Counted from the first letter of the stretch, positions 9,981 to 20,728 are shown. The stretch is 64,000 nt of DNA from Myxococcota bacterium (GCA_039030515.1 JBCCEA010000004.1:64001-128000), one strand, 5' to 3'. Program-made: numbers and translations. The notes: generated by a model from the letters alone, not told the origin.

Positions 9981-12260
9981 TGGGCGAAACAAAGCGTCGA
10001 GGTCCTTCGCCGGCACCAGGTAGGTCGGTAGAGGGTTGTGGGCCGATGGTGAAGTGACGGGTGCATGACGTCGAAGCTTGTGTAGTGTCACACGGCGCAT
10101 CCGTTCGGGACCTGAGGAGGATCCCTGCCGCTCATCCGAAAGGCGCCGGTTTGCAGACGGGGATTCATCCGAAAAAGGTCCGAAATCGCTGAGGACAACT
10201 GTCGATCCGGAGTTGACTGGCGCCTCGTCTGTCGCGTCAAAAGCCGCCGAACGGGATGCAAGCCCTAGCGTCAACATGCGCAGCGGAGTCCCCTCTGGGA
10301 CGCCATATCCGAGCAGGCGACTCGCGCTGAGGGAGGTCAGGTGCCGCAGAAAAGGTTGAACTCGAGCGAGCGAAACAACCACATCTCGCTCGTCGACAAA
10401 TTCGGTCTCTCTTCGCCGAAAAGAGATCTTTCGACCGTCCAACTCAAACAGAATGCGCTCGAGTTCCTCGACCTCGAGTTCAAACATGCGGCGCGTTGCG
10501 AGCGGTGCATTGAGTATCGAGAATAGTCTTGCGGAGGCGAGAAATACGGGAGACTCGTCCAGACGCCCCAAAACCTCTCCATCTTCCTTCTTGAGCAGGA
10601 GTCGATACTCCGAGGAAACGCCTTCCTGCTCCAGGGTCAGCAATACCGCGATGGCGCTCGGGTCCGCCTCCCACCGCCCCGGACGAAACTCAAGCGCGGT
10701 CAGCCCGCCGAGCAGCGACAAGAGCTCTCGAATCCCCTCCACATCGGCGTCCATTTCGACCGGCTGAGACAGTCGAAAACCAGTTGGAGAGACACGCTCC
10801 GCAACCTCTCGAATCCCGCGCCGGTCGATCTGGAGGGCTTGAATCGCGCTCGGAGCCACGTTGAGTAGTCTTCGCGGTCGAAAATGAAGGTCGGTCGCAC
10901 GCAGAAGTTCGGCCTGCTTTTCGGAGAGCAGAACCCTCCGATCTTCACCTGCACGATGCGCCGTCCATGTGCCCACAGAAGATCGAACGACGCGAAGCTG
11001 CTCCTCGCGACCGGTGCGGGACCGCAGCTGAAGTTGAGAAAAAGAGGACTCCGTAGCGCCCGCTCCCTGAGACGCATCACCAAGGGGCATCTGTTCAGCC
11101 CACTCAGAAGCACGAAGCTCGGCAAGCCAGCGTTCGACGGCTGCACCATCGATATCTCCGACCCCACCGGCCTCACTCCAGCGCCATCGATCTCGCTCGC
11201 CTCGCTCGGCAACGAGTTCTTCATTCCCGGGGGACGTCCAACGAACCTCGGCAAGCTCCGGATAGTCGAGCGTCACGAGGCGCTTCTCGAGCAATTCCTG
11301 CAAGGTCGGCAAGAGTCCTTCGATCTCGGATGACGCCACGCAGTACGCACGGCCCGGGTCCACTCGGAGGTAGCGCTGCCCCTCATGCCCGTCGCACGGT
11401 CCATCGATCGCGGTGGTGTCGGTGGCCGGGTCGCCGATGAATAGAGCGACTCGGATGTCTTCTTCCCGCTGACGTGGAATGTGCAGCTGAATCTGCTTCG
11501 AGGGGACGGGTGCCGCAGGGCCCTCCGCCGCAAAGCTGGTCGCCTTTAGGTCTTGAAATGCGTCGATAAGGCGAGTCATACGAGATGCCCCGGCAAGGGC
11601 GCGCTCTGGAGTGGTGATCCAAAAGCGATCCTTTTCTCTGTGCACCTCGATTCGCCGCCTGTCCTCAACCCAGGCGATCTCGTCGGCCTCAGCTATCGGA
11701 ACGGAGCGCAACACATGCTTGTCACGATAGTGGTCTGCGTTTTTTTCTAAGATTTCCAGAAGATCTCGGCCGACTACGTACACCTTGTCTGCCGCCTCGG
11801 CTGCAAGGTAGACGCCCTCTTCTCTCGGATCGTCTGCCCCTATCCGTAGGCGATAGGACCTGCCGCCGACCGTGTAGATCGCCTCGGCTCGGGGCTCCTG
11901 CAGCCCGAAGGTCATCAGATCGCTCGGCTCGATATGCTCCAGTTTTCGACGGGCCGTGGCCCACTCAAGAGCCGACATCAGGGATGCCACCGAGTCGGCG
12001 TCCGCCACTTCCTGAACGGGAGCGAGAATGCGCCAAGCGCGCCACTGACCGTCTTCACCTCGCTGTCGGCCGAGCAACGTGGTTTCCCCTCCATGCTTGA
12101 GCTCGATCGACTCCAACCGGTCGCGAATAAAGCTATCGAGCACACTCCCGCGTCGCGATTCTCGCTCTGCAGGAGACACAAGGTGACGCTCGTAGAGAAA
12201 AATAAACGCCGCGAAAGCGCCCGCGATGAGACCCAGGGCCACTGCTGCACGCTTGGTCAT
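9972..12260 (-). CDS. DUF4340-type membrane-anchored protein (Gld-type ABC accessory)
   Basis: N-terminal TM helix; repeated W..P...AD...V..L units, FGLQEPRAE; ATG 12260 overlaps the upstream stop (ATGA). Confidence 0.75.
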   Translation of the reverse strand: MTKRAAVALGLIAGAFAAFIFLYERHLVSPAERESRRGSVLDSFIRDRLESIELKHGGETTLLGRQRGEDGQWRAWRILAPVQEVADADSVASLMSALEWATARRKLEHIEPSDLMTFGLQEPRAEAIYTVGGRSYRLRIGADDPREEGVYLAAEAADKVYVVGRDLLEILEKNADHYRDKHVLRSVPIAEADEIAWVEDRRRIEVHREKDRFWITTPERALAGASRMTRLIDAFQDLKATSFAAEGPAAPVPSKQIQLHIPRQREEDIRVALFIGDPATDTTAIDGPCDGHEGQRYLRVDPGRAYCVASSEIEGLLPTLQELLEKRLVTLDYPELAEVRWTSPGNEELVAERGERDRWRWSEAGGVGDIDGAAVERWLAELRASEWAEQMPLGDASQGAGATESSFSQLQLRSRTGREEQLRVVRSSVGTWTAHRAGEDRRVLLSEKQAELLRATDLHFRPRRLLNVAPSAIQALQIDRRGIREVAERVSPTGFRLSQPVEMDADVEGIRELLSLLGGLTALEFRPGRWEADPSAIAVLLTLEQEGVSSEYRLLLKKEDGEVLGRLDESPVFLASARLFSILNAPLATRRMFELEVEELERILFELDGRKISFRRRETEFVDERDVVVSLARVQPFLRHLTSLSASRLLGYGVPEGTPLRMLTLGLASRSAAFDATDEAPVNSGSTVVLSDFGPFSDESPSANRRLSDERQGSSSGPERMRRVTLHKLRRHAPVTSPSAHNPLPTYLVPAKDLDALFRPVL

Positions 12261-14662
12261 GCCCTTCGCTGCCACCAAACGGCAAACCCCATGAGGATCA
12301 CCGCGGCCGGAATCAACACCAACACCCTGAAAAACAAGCCGTTCATGTCGGACTCCGTCATGATGAAATCCGTGGCGTTCACCTGACGCGGCGGAATCGA
12401 AATGAGCGCCTCACGCTCGGTCAGCCACCCGACGGCCGCGCTTGCAAAAAAGGCATTCACCGCTTCACCGATCTGAAGTTGGTCGCGCGCCAACCAAGCG
12501 CTACTTCCCACGACGACCAACCGGCCACCCTGAAGTGGAGGCGAACCCGGCTCGGAGTCCTCAAGTGAATTAGAGTCCTCAAGTGAATTGGAGTCCTCGC
12601 GTGAATTGAAGTCCTCGAGCCCCTTAGCATCTTCGAGTGAATTGGAATCCTCGGGCGCCGTCGAGCGCTCCGAATCGGTCGTCGCAGCTCGCGTCACTGA
12701 GGACGTTTGAGTGGCTGTCGCGGTGGTCTGAAGGGTCACCTGTTTCGCAACCGCGAGCACAACCGGCCCCGGCACGTCTTCGGGCGCAGCAGCCGGCGCA
12801 GCAGCCTCAGTTAGACTTGCCAAGCGCACCTCGCCGTAGCTCTGCTCGCTGGCCCTCAGCAGTGGCTGGACTCCAGAGCCTTCAACGATCTCAAGAGGTC
12901 TTGCAAACCGCAGGATCATCGGCATGTGCACCTGCTGACTCGCAGCCAGATGAAGCGGAGCGGTGAGCGGATGATCGCCCCAGTCACTGACCAGAAAAGC
13001 ATCCACCGGGCTGGGGGTCAGGAGCTTACTCGGATCGAGCTCAACCACGAGCGCGCTCGGCAGGCGGATGCCTTGCGCTTCTAAAAAACCTTCAAGCCCC
13101 GTCGGTTGCACCTGCTCGGACTCGATGACCGGGGCAAGGGCGACAAGCATGCTTCCGCCCTTGTCGAGATAGGCCTGAAGTCGGTCTCCTTCAGGCCCCG
13201 AGAACTCGAGCTGCGGACCCACGATCGCGACGGCGTCACAATCTTCGGGAATCTCCGCCTGCCCCTGAAACGCGATCGAATCCAGCGCGATATTGTCTCG
13301 ACGCAGCTCCTCTTTCAGTGCCTGGAGACTCCGAGGGACCTCTCCATCGAGCGTCCACTCTCCGTGCCCCGAGGTCACACACAATCGGGTCGCCTCACCT
13401 TGAGTGACCTGCAGCACTGCCTCGGTGAGCGCCCGCTCTGCGTGTACGTCGACTTTCGGCTGTCCTGAGCCCAGCGAGCGGTAGTCCTGCTCGATCAGGT
13501 CGTCGTAGTCCACGTGCCAAGTACGGTCGTTTGACTCCAATACGACCGCCACGTCGGCCCGCCGAGCGCCAGTGCTGTCGAGTAGAATCCGAACGCCGAG
13601 ACGATCGAGCAACAAACGATACTCGCCTGGCGAGCGCTCTGGATCGACTTCCTGAAACACAAAACTATCGGTCGTCGCTCGATAGCGCTCGATCAGCTCG
13701 CGAAGGTCACCGTAGTTCGGCTCAGACGGCGACATAAACAAGTAGGCGTGGACGGGTGCCTCGAGTTCGCGAAGCACCTGCTCCGTGCGATCGGAGAGCG
13801 TGTATCTCCCCTCTGAGGTCCAGTCCCAACGTTCAAAATGACGAAAGGAGAGATAATTCACCATGAGGAAGAGACACAAAGCGAAACCCTGCCCGAGCGC
13901 CAACCAGACGCGACTTCGCTCTTGCGTAGACTGTGAACGCAAACTGCCGACGACCTGTGAAGTCAGAAACAGAGCGAGCAATGAGAGGCTTAGCGAGTAG
14001 ATAAGGGGGCGACTGTCGACGATTCCTTTCGAAAATCCCTCCATGTGGGACCAAACGCTGAGGTAGCTAAACAACTCCTTGGAATCGCTCGCCACAAACT
14101 CGAACAGCCCAGCCGAAAAGAGCAAGCCCAGCATCAGAAACGTGAGCACCGCGGCCACGATCTGGTTCGGCGACACGGCGCTCATCAGTAGTCCCAACGC
14201 CATGTAGTACGTCCCCATCAAAAAGATGCCGAAGTACGAGGCAGCGATGGTTCCCGGGTCGATATGGCCAAAATTTGAGGTGATGACGACGTAAAGGCCC
14301 GTGGGCAACCACATCGCGATCCAAATCAGAAGCGCCGCGAGATACTTACCGTGCACCACCGCGTGATGGGAAATCGGTGCCGTAAGCAGTGGCTCGATGG
14401 TGCCGCTGCGTCTCTCTTCCGCAAGCAATCTCATGGTGATGATCGGGACAAACACCAGCGGAGCGAGATAAAACAGGATGGTTCGGCCGAAAAAGACGGT
14501 AAGCGGGTTGTCCGAGCCTCCCATAGAACTTCGCGCCCAGCTGCCGAGCAGACAAAAGTCCAAGCCGCGGAGAATCACCCAAACGGTCAGTACAATCCAA
14601 GCGATCGGCGAAACGAAAAATGCGTGCAAGTCACGCCGCGCAACAGTCCAAAAAGCGTTCAT
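12257..14662 (-). CDS. Fused ABC permease (GldF-like) and GldG-like auxiliary domain
   Basis: RRDLHAFFVSPIAW, TMRLLAEERRSGTIEPLLTAP, then RWDWTSEGRYTLS, TSGHGE, GRLVVVGS; C-terminal TM. Confidence 0.85.
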   Translation of the reverse strand: MNAFWTVARRDLHAFFVSPIAWIVLTVWVILRGLDFCLLGSWARSSMGGSDNPLTVFFGRTILFYLAPLVFVPIITMRLLAEERRSGTIEPLLTAPISHHAVVHGKYLAALLIWIAMWLPTGLYVVITSNFGHIDPGTIAASYFGIFLMGTYYMALGLLMSAVSPNQIVAAVLTFLMLGLLFSAGLFEFVASDSKELFSYLSVWSHMEGFSKGIVDSRPLIYSLSLSLLALFLTSQVVGSLRSQSTQERSRVWLALGQGFALCLFLMVNYLSFRHFERWDWTSEGRYTLSDRTEQVLRELEAPVHAYLFMSPSEPNYGDLRELIERYRATTDSFVFQEVDPERSPGEYRLLLDRLGVRILLDSTGARRADVAVVLESNDRTWHVDYDDLIEQDYRSLGSGQPKVDVHAERALTEAVLQVTQGEATRLCVTSGHGEWTLDGEVPRSLQALKEELRRDNIALDSIAFQGQAEIPEDCDAVAIVGPQLEFSGPEGDRLQAYLDKGGSMLVALAPVIESEQVQPTGLEGFLEAQGIRLPSALVVELDPSKLLTPSPVDAFLVSDWGDHPLTAPLHLAASQQVHMPMILRFARPLEIVEGSGVQPLLRASEQSYGEVRLASLTEAAAPAAAPEDVPGPVVLAVAKQVTLQTTATATQTSSVTRAATTDSERSTAPEDSNSLEDAKGLEDFNSREDSNSLEDSNSLEDSEPGSPPLQGGRLVVVGSSAWLARDQLQIGEAVNAFFASAAVGWLTEREALISIPPRQVNATDFIMTESDMNGLFFRVLVLIPAAVILMGFAVWWQRRA
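12555..12653. repeat. In-frame 18-bp tandem repeat (~5.5 degenerate copies, EDSNSL)
   Basis: gagtcctcaagtgaatta / gagtcctcaagtgaattg / gagtcctcgcgtgaattg and further degenerate copies. Confidence 0.9.
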
Positions 14663-15705
14663 CGATCGAGTTCCTCAGAGCGTGCTTCGACCTCGGAATC
14701 ATCGAGCCGCGCCTGCGCGGCGGCCTCCGATCGAGGTGAATGACGCTTGGCCGAATCTTCGGTAGTCAGCGAGCGAAAAACCTCCTCGAGTGAGGTGGAT
14801 TCACGTCTGAGCTCACGCAGGGTGAGTCCGGCATCTGCCACCGCAGAGAACACCCGCTCGGTGAGCGTCGCGTCTCCTTCGGCGAGAATCTCCAGTCGAA
14901 CGGTGGCGCCGTCCCGATCTGCAGGCGCATCCGTTGACTCCGACTCCTCAGAAACAGACTGCACACCATCCACCGACGCGATCACATCCCGCAAACGACC
15001 CGCGTCGCTGCGGCCTACCGCCACCACGTTTAAGGAGCCTTTCGAGGTACGCAGCGTATTCGGCTTGCCTTCACCGACTACCTGACCCTTGTGAATAATG
15101 ATGACGCGTTCGCAAACAGCCTCTACCTCAGGCAGGATGTGCGTAGAAAGCAGTATCGTTTTCTGACCGGCAAAGCCCTGAATCAAACTGCGGACGTGGC
15201 GTATCTGATTGGGGTCGAGACCTGAAGAGGGTTCATCGAGAATCAACAAGGGAGGATCAGAAAGCAGCGCGTCAGCAAGGCCGATCCGTTGACGGTATCC
15301 TTTAGAAAGCTGACCGATGATGCGTTCGCGAACGTCGACAAGCTCTGCTTGAGCGAGCGAGCGTTCCACGGCCTCCGCCCTTGTCGACTTAGAAACGCCC
15401 TTTAGTTTCGCGCGGTAAAGGAGGTATTCCGCAATCCGCATCTCGAAATAGAGCGGCACCCCCTCGGACATATATCCGATGAGCCGACGTGCGCCGATCG
15501 GATCCTCAAGGGCGTCCACCTCACCGATGCGGATCTTGCCCGAGGTAGGCCTGAGATAACCGGTCAGCATGCGAAGCGTCGTCGTCTTGCCGGCTCCGTT
15601 CGGCCCCAGGAAACCGACGATCTCTCCTGGATCCACACGAAATGTCGCATCGCGAACCGCCACGCGATCCCCGTAGTGCTTGGTCAGTCCCTCGACCTCG
15701 ATCAC
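14659..15705 (-). CDS. ABC transporter ATP-binding protein (GldA-like)
   Basis: GPNGAGKTT, LSKGYRQR, LILDEP, STH; GTG start at 15705 with GGAGG upstream. Confidence 0.93.
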   Translation of the reverse strand: MIEVEGLTKHYGDRVAVRDATFRVDPGEIVGFLGPNGAGKTTTLRMLTGYLRPTSGKIRIGEVDALEDPIGARRLIGYMSEGVPLYFEMRIAEYLLYRAKLKGVSKSTRAEAVERSLAQAELVDVRERIIGQLSKGYRQRIGLADALLSDPPLLILDEPSSGLDPNQIRHVRSLIQGFAGQKTILLSTHILPEVEAVCERVIIIHKGQVVGEGKPNTLRTSKGSLNVVAVGRSDAGRLRDVIASVDGVQSVSEESESTDAPADRDGATVRLEILAEGDATLTERVFSAVADAGLTLRELRRESTSLEEVFRSLTTEDSAKRHSPRSEAAAQARLDDSEVEARSEELDR

Positions 15706-15875
15706 GCCGCCTCCACACGCTAGGCGCGGGTCGTACCCTGAGGCCGTGTCCACTGCAACGTTGGCGTTTCATCCTGCCGCGCCACCGAAGAGTCCTGCGG
15801 GAGCTCCTCGGGGCGAGGCTTATACACCTCGCCGCAATTTTGGAAGCGCACGGTCACGACGCGTAAGCTTATGGG

Positions 15876-17012
15876 GTGCTTAGTGCGCCACGTGCTTCCA
15901 AGCTCGCAGCCCGCGGGATCCTGTGCATAGGGTCCTTAGCGTTGGGTGCCGCAGTGGCAGAGCGCACTCGGAACACCGGACATGCGGGAGTGATCCATGC
16001 CGCAGTGGAACGCTCGCAAACCCTCGAGCAAGACGCGCCGCCGACTCCGCTTCCGTCGCTTGCGCAGTCGTCTACCGGCGAAGGTCGCCCTCCCCCGGTG
16101 CTGCCTGGCGATCCAGTGCGGCTGCCAGTCGGGCTCCCCGAACAAATCGCAGATCGCGCGTCGGATGGACCCACCGGACGTCCCTTTCGTGGCGGTCTCA
16201 GGGTCACCGGAGCCACTTCACGGCGACTCCTCCTTTTTACCTTCGACGATGGACCCCATCGGGAGCACACGAAGCGGCTCCTCGATATCCTCGATGAGCG
16301 TGACGTAAAGGCAGTATTTTTTCTGAACGGCGAGCGCATCCTCGGCGAAAACCGCCGGCAGCGCGCACAGGTCGAAGTGGCCCGAGAAACGATTCGCCGC
16401 GGGCACATCGTGGGGAACCACACCGTGCACCATCCGCAACTCCCTCTTCTCAACAACCTAGAAGTCGCTGCCGAAATCGATAGCGCCGCCGACATCATCA
16501 AGCGGCTTACGGGTGAGCGTCCGTGGCTTCTCAGACCTCCGGGGGGTGCAAGAAGTCCGAGGGTAGACGAGCTCATCGGAGTCCGTGGCTATACGATTTT
16601 CGAATGGAACCTCGGCGCTGGTGACTTTCAGGTCGACACCCCACAGGCTGTCGTCGACATATGGGTTCGCGTCTTCGAGCGGCGCCAGCGTGAGCTGGGA
16701 CACCGAGGGGGCATCATCCTGCTCCACGATACCCACGCGTGGAGTGTCGACGCAGTACCCATGCTTTTCGATAAGATCGACGAGTGGAACTGCGAAGCAC
16801 TCGCACTCGGTGAGGAGCTCTACGATATCGTAGACAGCCCTCGGTATTTTTTCTTTCCTCGTGAAAAAGAAGCCTACGGGAGCGCCGCGCCACCCGCGCA
16901 AATGGAACCGGAAGTGCACGCATATCGCCAGCAGAACCTGCGAGACCACTACCATGGGTTCTGCGAACCTCCTCCCGGACCGCCCGATCTCGATGAATCG
17001 CAAGCTGATTGA
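15876..17012 (+). CDS. Polysaccharide/peptidoglycan deacetylase (NodB, CE4)
   Basis: TFDDGP, GNHTVHH, RPPGG, IILLHD. Confidence 0.9.
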   Translation: MLSAPRASKLAARGILCIGSLALGAAVAERTRNTGHAGVIHAAVERSQTLEQDAPPTPLPSLAQSSTGEGRPPPVLPGDPVRLPVGLPEQIADRASDGPTGRPFRGGLRVTGATSRRLLLFTFDDGPHREHTKRLLDILDERDVKAVFFLNGERILGENRRQRAQVEVARETIRRGHIVGNHTVHHPQLPLLNNLEVAAEIDSAADIIKRLTGERPWLLRPPGGARSPRVDELIGVRGYTIFEWNLGAGDFQVDTPQAVVDIWVRVFERRQRELGHRGGIILLHDTHAWSVDAVPMLFDKIDEWNCEALALGEELYDIVDSPRYFFFPREKEAYGSAAPPAQMEPEVHAYRQQNLRDHYHGFCEPPPGPPDLDESQAD

Positions 17013-17041
17013 GAACCAGGTCGCCTAGACGCGGGCCCGCT

Positions 17042-17722
17042 TCAAGCATCCGCGGGAGCACGGCGCGCGCGGATGCGATGAACGGGTAAGCCGTCTTGCT
17101 CGGCCCTCAGCTCTCGATTGGAGGGATTTCCATAGGGATTTTCACTAAGCACGCACGGTTCATCGAACAGCGGATGGACCCGGAGCATGGCTTGAACCTG
17201 CTCCGCTCTCTCTTCCACATCGGTCTGAATGTAGAGTTCCCCCTTCGGTCGCATGAGCCGAGCCAAAGTGTCCAAAAACGGGGGCGAGAGCAAAAGTCGT
17301 TTCTGGTGACGCTTTTTCCACCAAGGATCGGGAAAGTGCACAAAGACGCGATGCACCGAGGAAGAAGGACTACAGCGCGCCAAAAGAGCTACTGCGTCTC
17401 CGGTCCACACCACCACATTGGACATCGACTCGCGCAGGCATCTTTGGGCCACGCGATAAGCCCACTTTGTTTTGATTTCGATCCCGATGATTCGATGATG
17501 TGGGACCAGCCGCGCTCGACGAAGCAGCGACTGCCCCCGGCCGAATCCGATATCGAGCTCGAGCCCCTCCGAACCGCCCGTCACGGATCGCAGATCGATA
17601 TCGCCGAGCGGAGCCCGAGGCGCGACCTCATCGTAGCGCCTGGGCGCCTCCGAATCGCTACGACCACACAGAAGCTCAGGTTCGTCTTGAGCGCAAGATT
17701 CGGGGTTTACTCGACTGTCCAT
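17042..17722 (-). CDS. trmB: tRNA (guanine-N7)-methyltransferase
   Basis: LDIGFGRG, IGIEI, HFPDPWWKKRHQKR, IQTD; start uncertain. Confidence 0.9.
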   Translation of the reverse strand: MDSRVNPESCAQDEPELLCGRSDSEAPRRYDEVAPRAPLGDIDLRSVTGGSEGLELDIGFGRGQSLLRRARLVPHHRIIGIEIKTKWAYRVAQRCLRESMSNVVVWTGDAVALLARCSPSSSVHRVFVHFPDPWWKKRHQKRLLLSPPFLDTLARLMRPKGELYIQTDVEERAEQVQAMLRVHPLFDEPCVLSENPYGNPSNRELRAEQDGLPVHRIRARRAPADA

Positions 17723-18723
17723 GTATGTCCTGAATGCAGCAGCGCGTGAAGATCACCGACGCCGGCTCGCGCGACTGCCGAGCTATTCTGCGCACGCACC
17801 GCGGCGTCGTACGCCGGAGCAGGATCTCGATAGAGCACGCCGAACGCGATAGGATCACCGAGTCCCGCCAAAAGAAACGCAACGCCGATGTTTTGTTCAT
17901 CGTGAACCAAGACTTCTGATTCTTCTGCGTCTCGACCGATCGTGACCACTTCCAGCTGCGCGTTGCGCAAGCGGATTCCCTTCTCGCGATTCGGGCCAAA
18001 CCGCATCGGCTGACCGGACTCCAACCACAGCTGAGACTCGGCAGCACGCTTTCTATCGGTCACGTCGGACCAGGCGCCGTCGTTGAACACGGGACAGTTC
18101 TGAAGGATCTCCACAAAAGAAGCACCGACGTGCGCATGTGCCTCTTTGAGTAACTCCGGGAGTCGTTTGCTAACGTCGTAACCGCGAGCCACGAAACGTC
18201 CTCCCGCTCCGAGAGCGAGACGAAGCGGCGAAACCGGCATGTCTACGGAGCCGAGCGGCGTGCTTGGAGTCACCTGACCTATGAGGGACGTCGGCGAATA
18301 CTGCCCTTTCGTCAATCCATAGATGCGGTTGTTGAAGAGAAGAATGTTGAGATCCACGTTTCTTCGAAGCGTGTGGAGCAAATGGTTCCCACCGATGCTG
18401 AGGGCGTCTCCGTCGCCCGTCACCACCCAAACCGAGACTTCGGGGTTGGCCAGCTTGAGGCCTGTCGCTACTGCGGGAGCACGACCGTGGATCGTATGAA
18501 ACCCGTAGGTGTTCATATAGTAAGGAAACCGAGCGGCACATCCGATGCCGCTGACAAAGACGGTCTGGCTCGGAGAGACACCGAGTTCAGGCAGCGTTCT
18601 CTGAACAGAGGCCAAAATCGCGTAGTCGCCGCAGCCAGGACACCAGCGCACGTCTTGATCGGACGCGTAGTCGGCTTTGCTGAACTTTGAACGGGTTGTG
18701 CTCGAGTCACTCATGGGATCCAC
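17707..18723 (-). CDS. 2-oxoacid:ferredoxin oxidoreductase beta subunit
   Basis: WCPGCGDY, SGIGC, TIHGRA, TPP motif GDGD...NN, YGLTKGQYSPT. Confidence 0.95.
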   Translation of the reverse strand: MDPMSDSSTTRSKFSKADYASDQDVRWCPGCGDYAILASVQRTLPELGVSPSQTVFVSGIGCAARFPYYMNTYGFHTIHGRAPAVATGLKLANPEVSVWVVTGDGDALSIGGNHLLHTLRRNVDLNILLFNNRIYGLTKGQYSPTSLIGQVTPSTPLGSVDMPVSPLRLALGAGGRFVARGYDVSKRLPELLKEAHAHVGASFVEILQNCPVFNDGAWSDVTDRKRAAESQLWLESGQPMRFGPNREKGIRLRNAQLEVVTIGRDAEESEVLVHDEQNIGVAFLLAGLGDPIAFGVLYRDPAPAYDAAVRAQNSSAVARAGVGDLHALLHSGHTWTVE

Positions 18724-18727
18724 CGCC

Positions 18728-20596
18728 TTAACTCGGCTCCAGTCGCGAGCGAAATACGGTTTCTAGCTCTACGATGCGGAAAGGTGCACCGGTCGGTCGG
18801 GCGTAGCTTTCTAGCTCGATCGAGAACTGCGCACGCAAATGGTGCACCAGCTGCCCCTGGTTTTTTTCGGGCACAATTACCCGCTCAAAACGACCGAGCA
18901 GCTCCCCCAGGCCTTGTGGCAGAGGGTTGAGATATCTGAGATGGGTATGTCCGATCGAACATCCCTCGCCCGCCAGCACACGCACCGCCTGGCGGACCGC
19001 TCCGTAGGTCGAGCCCCACGAAACGACCAAGAGCGTGCCTTCCTCTTCACCTACCTCGATCTTTTGCAGAGGCAGATCGTTGGCGATGCGGGCTACGCGT
19101 TCCGCTCGAATCTGAGACATCTTCAGGTGATTGCTCGGATCATAGCTTATGTTTCCGGAATCATGATGCTTTTCTAATCCGCCTATTCGATGCGCCATTC
19201 CGTCGGTGCCCGGACGCACCCAAGGACGGGCGAGGGTTTTTTCGTCCCTCAAAAACGGATGGTAGCCCTCGGGGTCCTCGCGAAACCGAACCGGAAACGG
19301 TTCGAGCTGGTCGACCTCCGGGAGTTTCCAGGGCTCTGATCCATTGGCGAGGTATCCATCGGTAAGCAGCATCACCGGCGTCATGTAACGAGTTGCGATA
19401 CGGACCGCTTCGATCGCAACGTCGAAACAATCGGAGGGAGTGCGGGCGGCTAGGACCGGCATGGGCGCATCGCCGTTTCTGCCCCATATCGCCATCATCA
19501 GGTCCGACTGCTCGGTTTTCGTGGGCAGACCTGTCGACGGGCCACCGCGTTGCACATCGATCACGACCAGAGGCAGCTCGGTCGCGATCGCGAGCCCAAG
19601 CGCTTCCCCCTTCAGCGCCAGTCCCGGTCCCGAAGTCGCGGTCACTCCCAGCGCACCACCAAAGGAAGCACCGATGGCGGCGCAGCATGCAGCGATCTCA
19701 TCTTCGGCCTGAAACGTCGTCACGTCGAAGTGCTTGAGCTTCGCCAAGGCGTGCAGAAGTGACGATGCCGGGGTGATCGGATAGCTGCCGTATACGACCG
19801 GCAGTCCTGCGAGACGCGCACCGGCTACGATCCCCCAAGCTGTAGCGTCGTTGCCCTGGATGTTCCGATACGTGCCGGGCGGAAGGTCGGCGGGCGGCAC
19901 CTGATACGCACCGATACCGCTCGGCATCTCAGCGGTTTCGCCAAACGCGTGGCCGGCCTTCACCGCAGCGATGTTTGCTTCGGCGATCACCGGTTGCGAC
20001 CGAAATTTTTGCGAGAGAAACTCAAAAGTGGTCTCGCAGTTGCGGTCGTAGAGCCAAAACACCAACCCAAGCGTCCACATATTCTTGCAGCGAGCCGCCT
20101 GTTTCGCGCTGAGTCCGAAATCTTTCACCGCCGCCGCAGTCAGTTTGTTGATGTCGATGCGCAAGACCCGATAGGCATCAAGCTGCGGATCTTCGAGAGG
20201 ATCGGTTTCGTATCCTGCCTTATTCAGGTTGGTGGTCGTAAAGGCCCCTACGTTGAGCAGGAGCAGACCGCCTTGGCGAAGGTCCGGCAGATGTACCTTC
20301 AGAGCCGCTGGGTTCATCGCAACCAGTGCATCTGGGGTGTCTCCGGGGGTGCGTACGTCGTGGGCCGCAAAGTGAACCTGAAAACCGGAAACGCCGTAGG
20401 TCGTCCCGGCTGGCGCGCGTATTTCGGCCGGGAAATCGGGAAAGGTCGCAAGATCGTTTCCCATGAGCGCGGTCGACTGGGTGAATTGATTTCCCGTCAG
20501 CTGCATCCCGTCGCCGGAATCACCCGCAAATCGGATCACGACTGCATCGAGAATCTCTCGGGCTCTACGGTCTTTTTGTGTCGCGGCGGGCTCCAT
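18728..20596 (-). CDS. 2-oxoacid:ferredoxin oxidoreductase alpha (gamma-alpha fused) subunit
   Basis: FAGDSGDGMQLTG, YPITPAS, QAEDEIAA, TSGPG, QRGGPSTGLPTKTEQ; start placed at ATG 20596. Confidence 0.95.
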   Translation of the reverse strand: MEPAATQKDRRAREILDAVVIRFAGDSGDGMQLTGNQFTQSTALMGNDLATFPDFPAEIRAPAGTTYGVSGFQVHFAAHDVRTPGDTPDALVAMNPAALKVHLPDLRQGGLLLLNVGAFTTTNLNKAGYETDPLEDPQLDAYRVLRIDINKLTAAAVKDFGLSAKQAARCKNMWTLGLVFWLYDRNCETTFEFLSQKFRSQPVIAEANIAAVKAGHAFGETAEMPSGIGAYQVPPADLPPGTYRNIQGNDATAWGIVAGARLAGLPVVYGSYPITPASSLLHALAKLKHFDVTTFQAEDEIAACCAAIGASFGGALGVTATSGPGLALKGEALGLAIATELPLVVIDVQRGGPSTGLPTKTEQSDLMMAIWGRNGDAPMPVLAARTPSDCFDVAIEAVRIATRYMTPVMLLTDGYLANGSEPWKLPEVDQLEPFPVRFREDPEGYHPFLRDEKTLARPWVRPGTDGMAHRIGGLEKHHDSGNISYDPSNHLKMSQIRAERVARIANDLPLQKIEVGEEEGTLLVVSWGSTYGAVRQAVRVLAGEGCSIGHTHLRYLNPLPQGLGELLGRFERVIVPEKNQGQLVHHLRAQFSIELESYARPTGAPFRIVELETVFRSRLEPS

Positions 20597-20728
20597 CGTG
20601 AAGGCTAAGTATGGGTGCGGTCGAAACCCCGTCCAGTGCAATCTATGGATGGGTGGTCGCGGCATCAAGCCAGAGTGAACAGTTACGATTGACACAAAAA
20701 AAGCGATCGGAGTACAGAGTTTTCGGAC

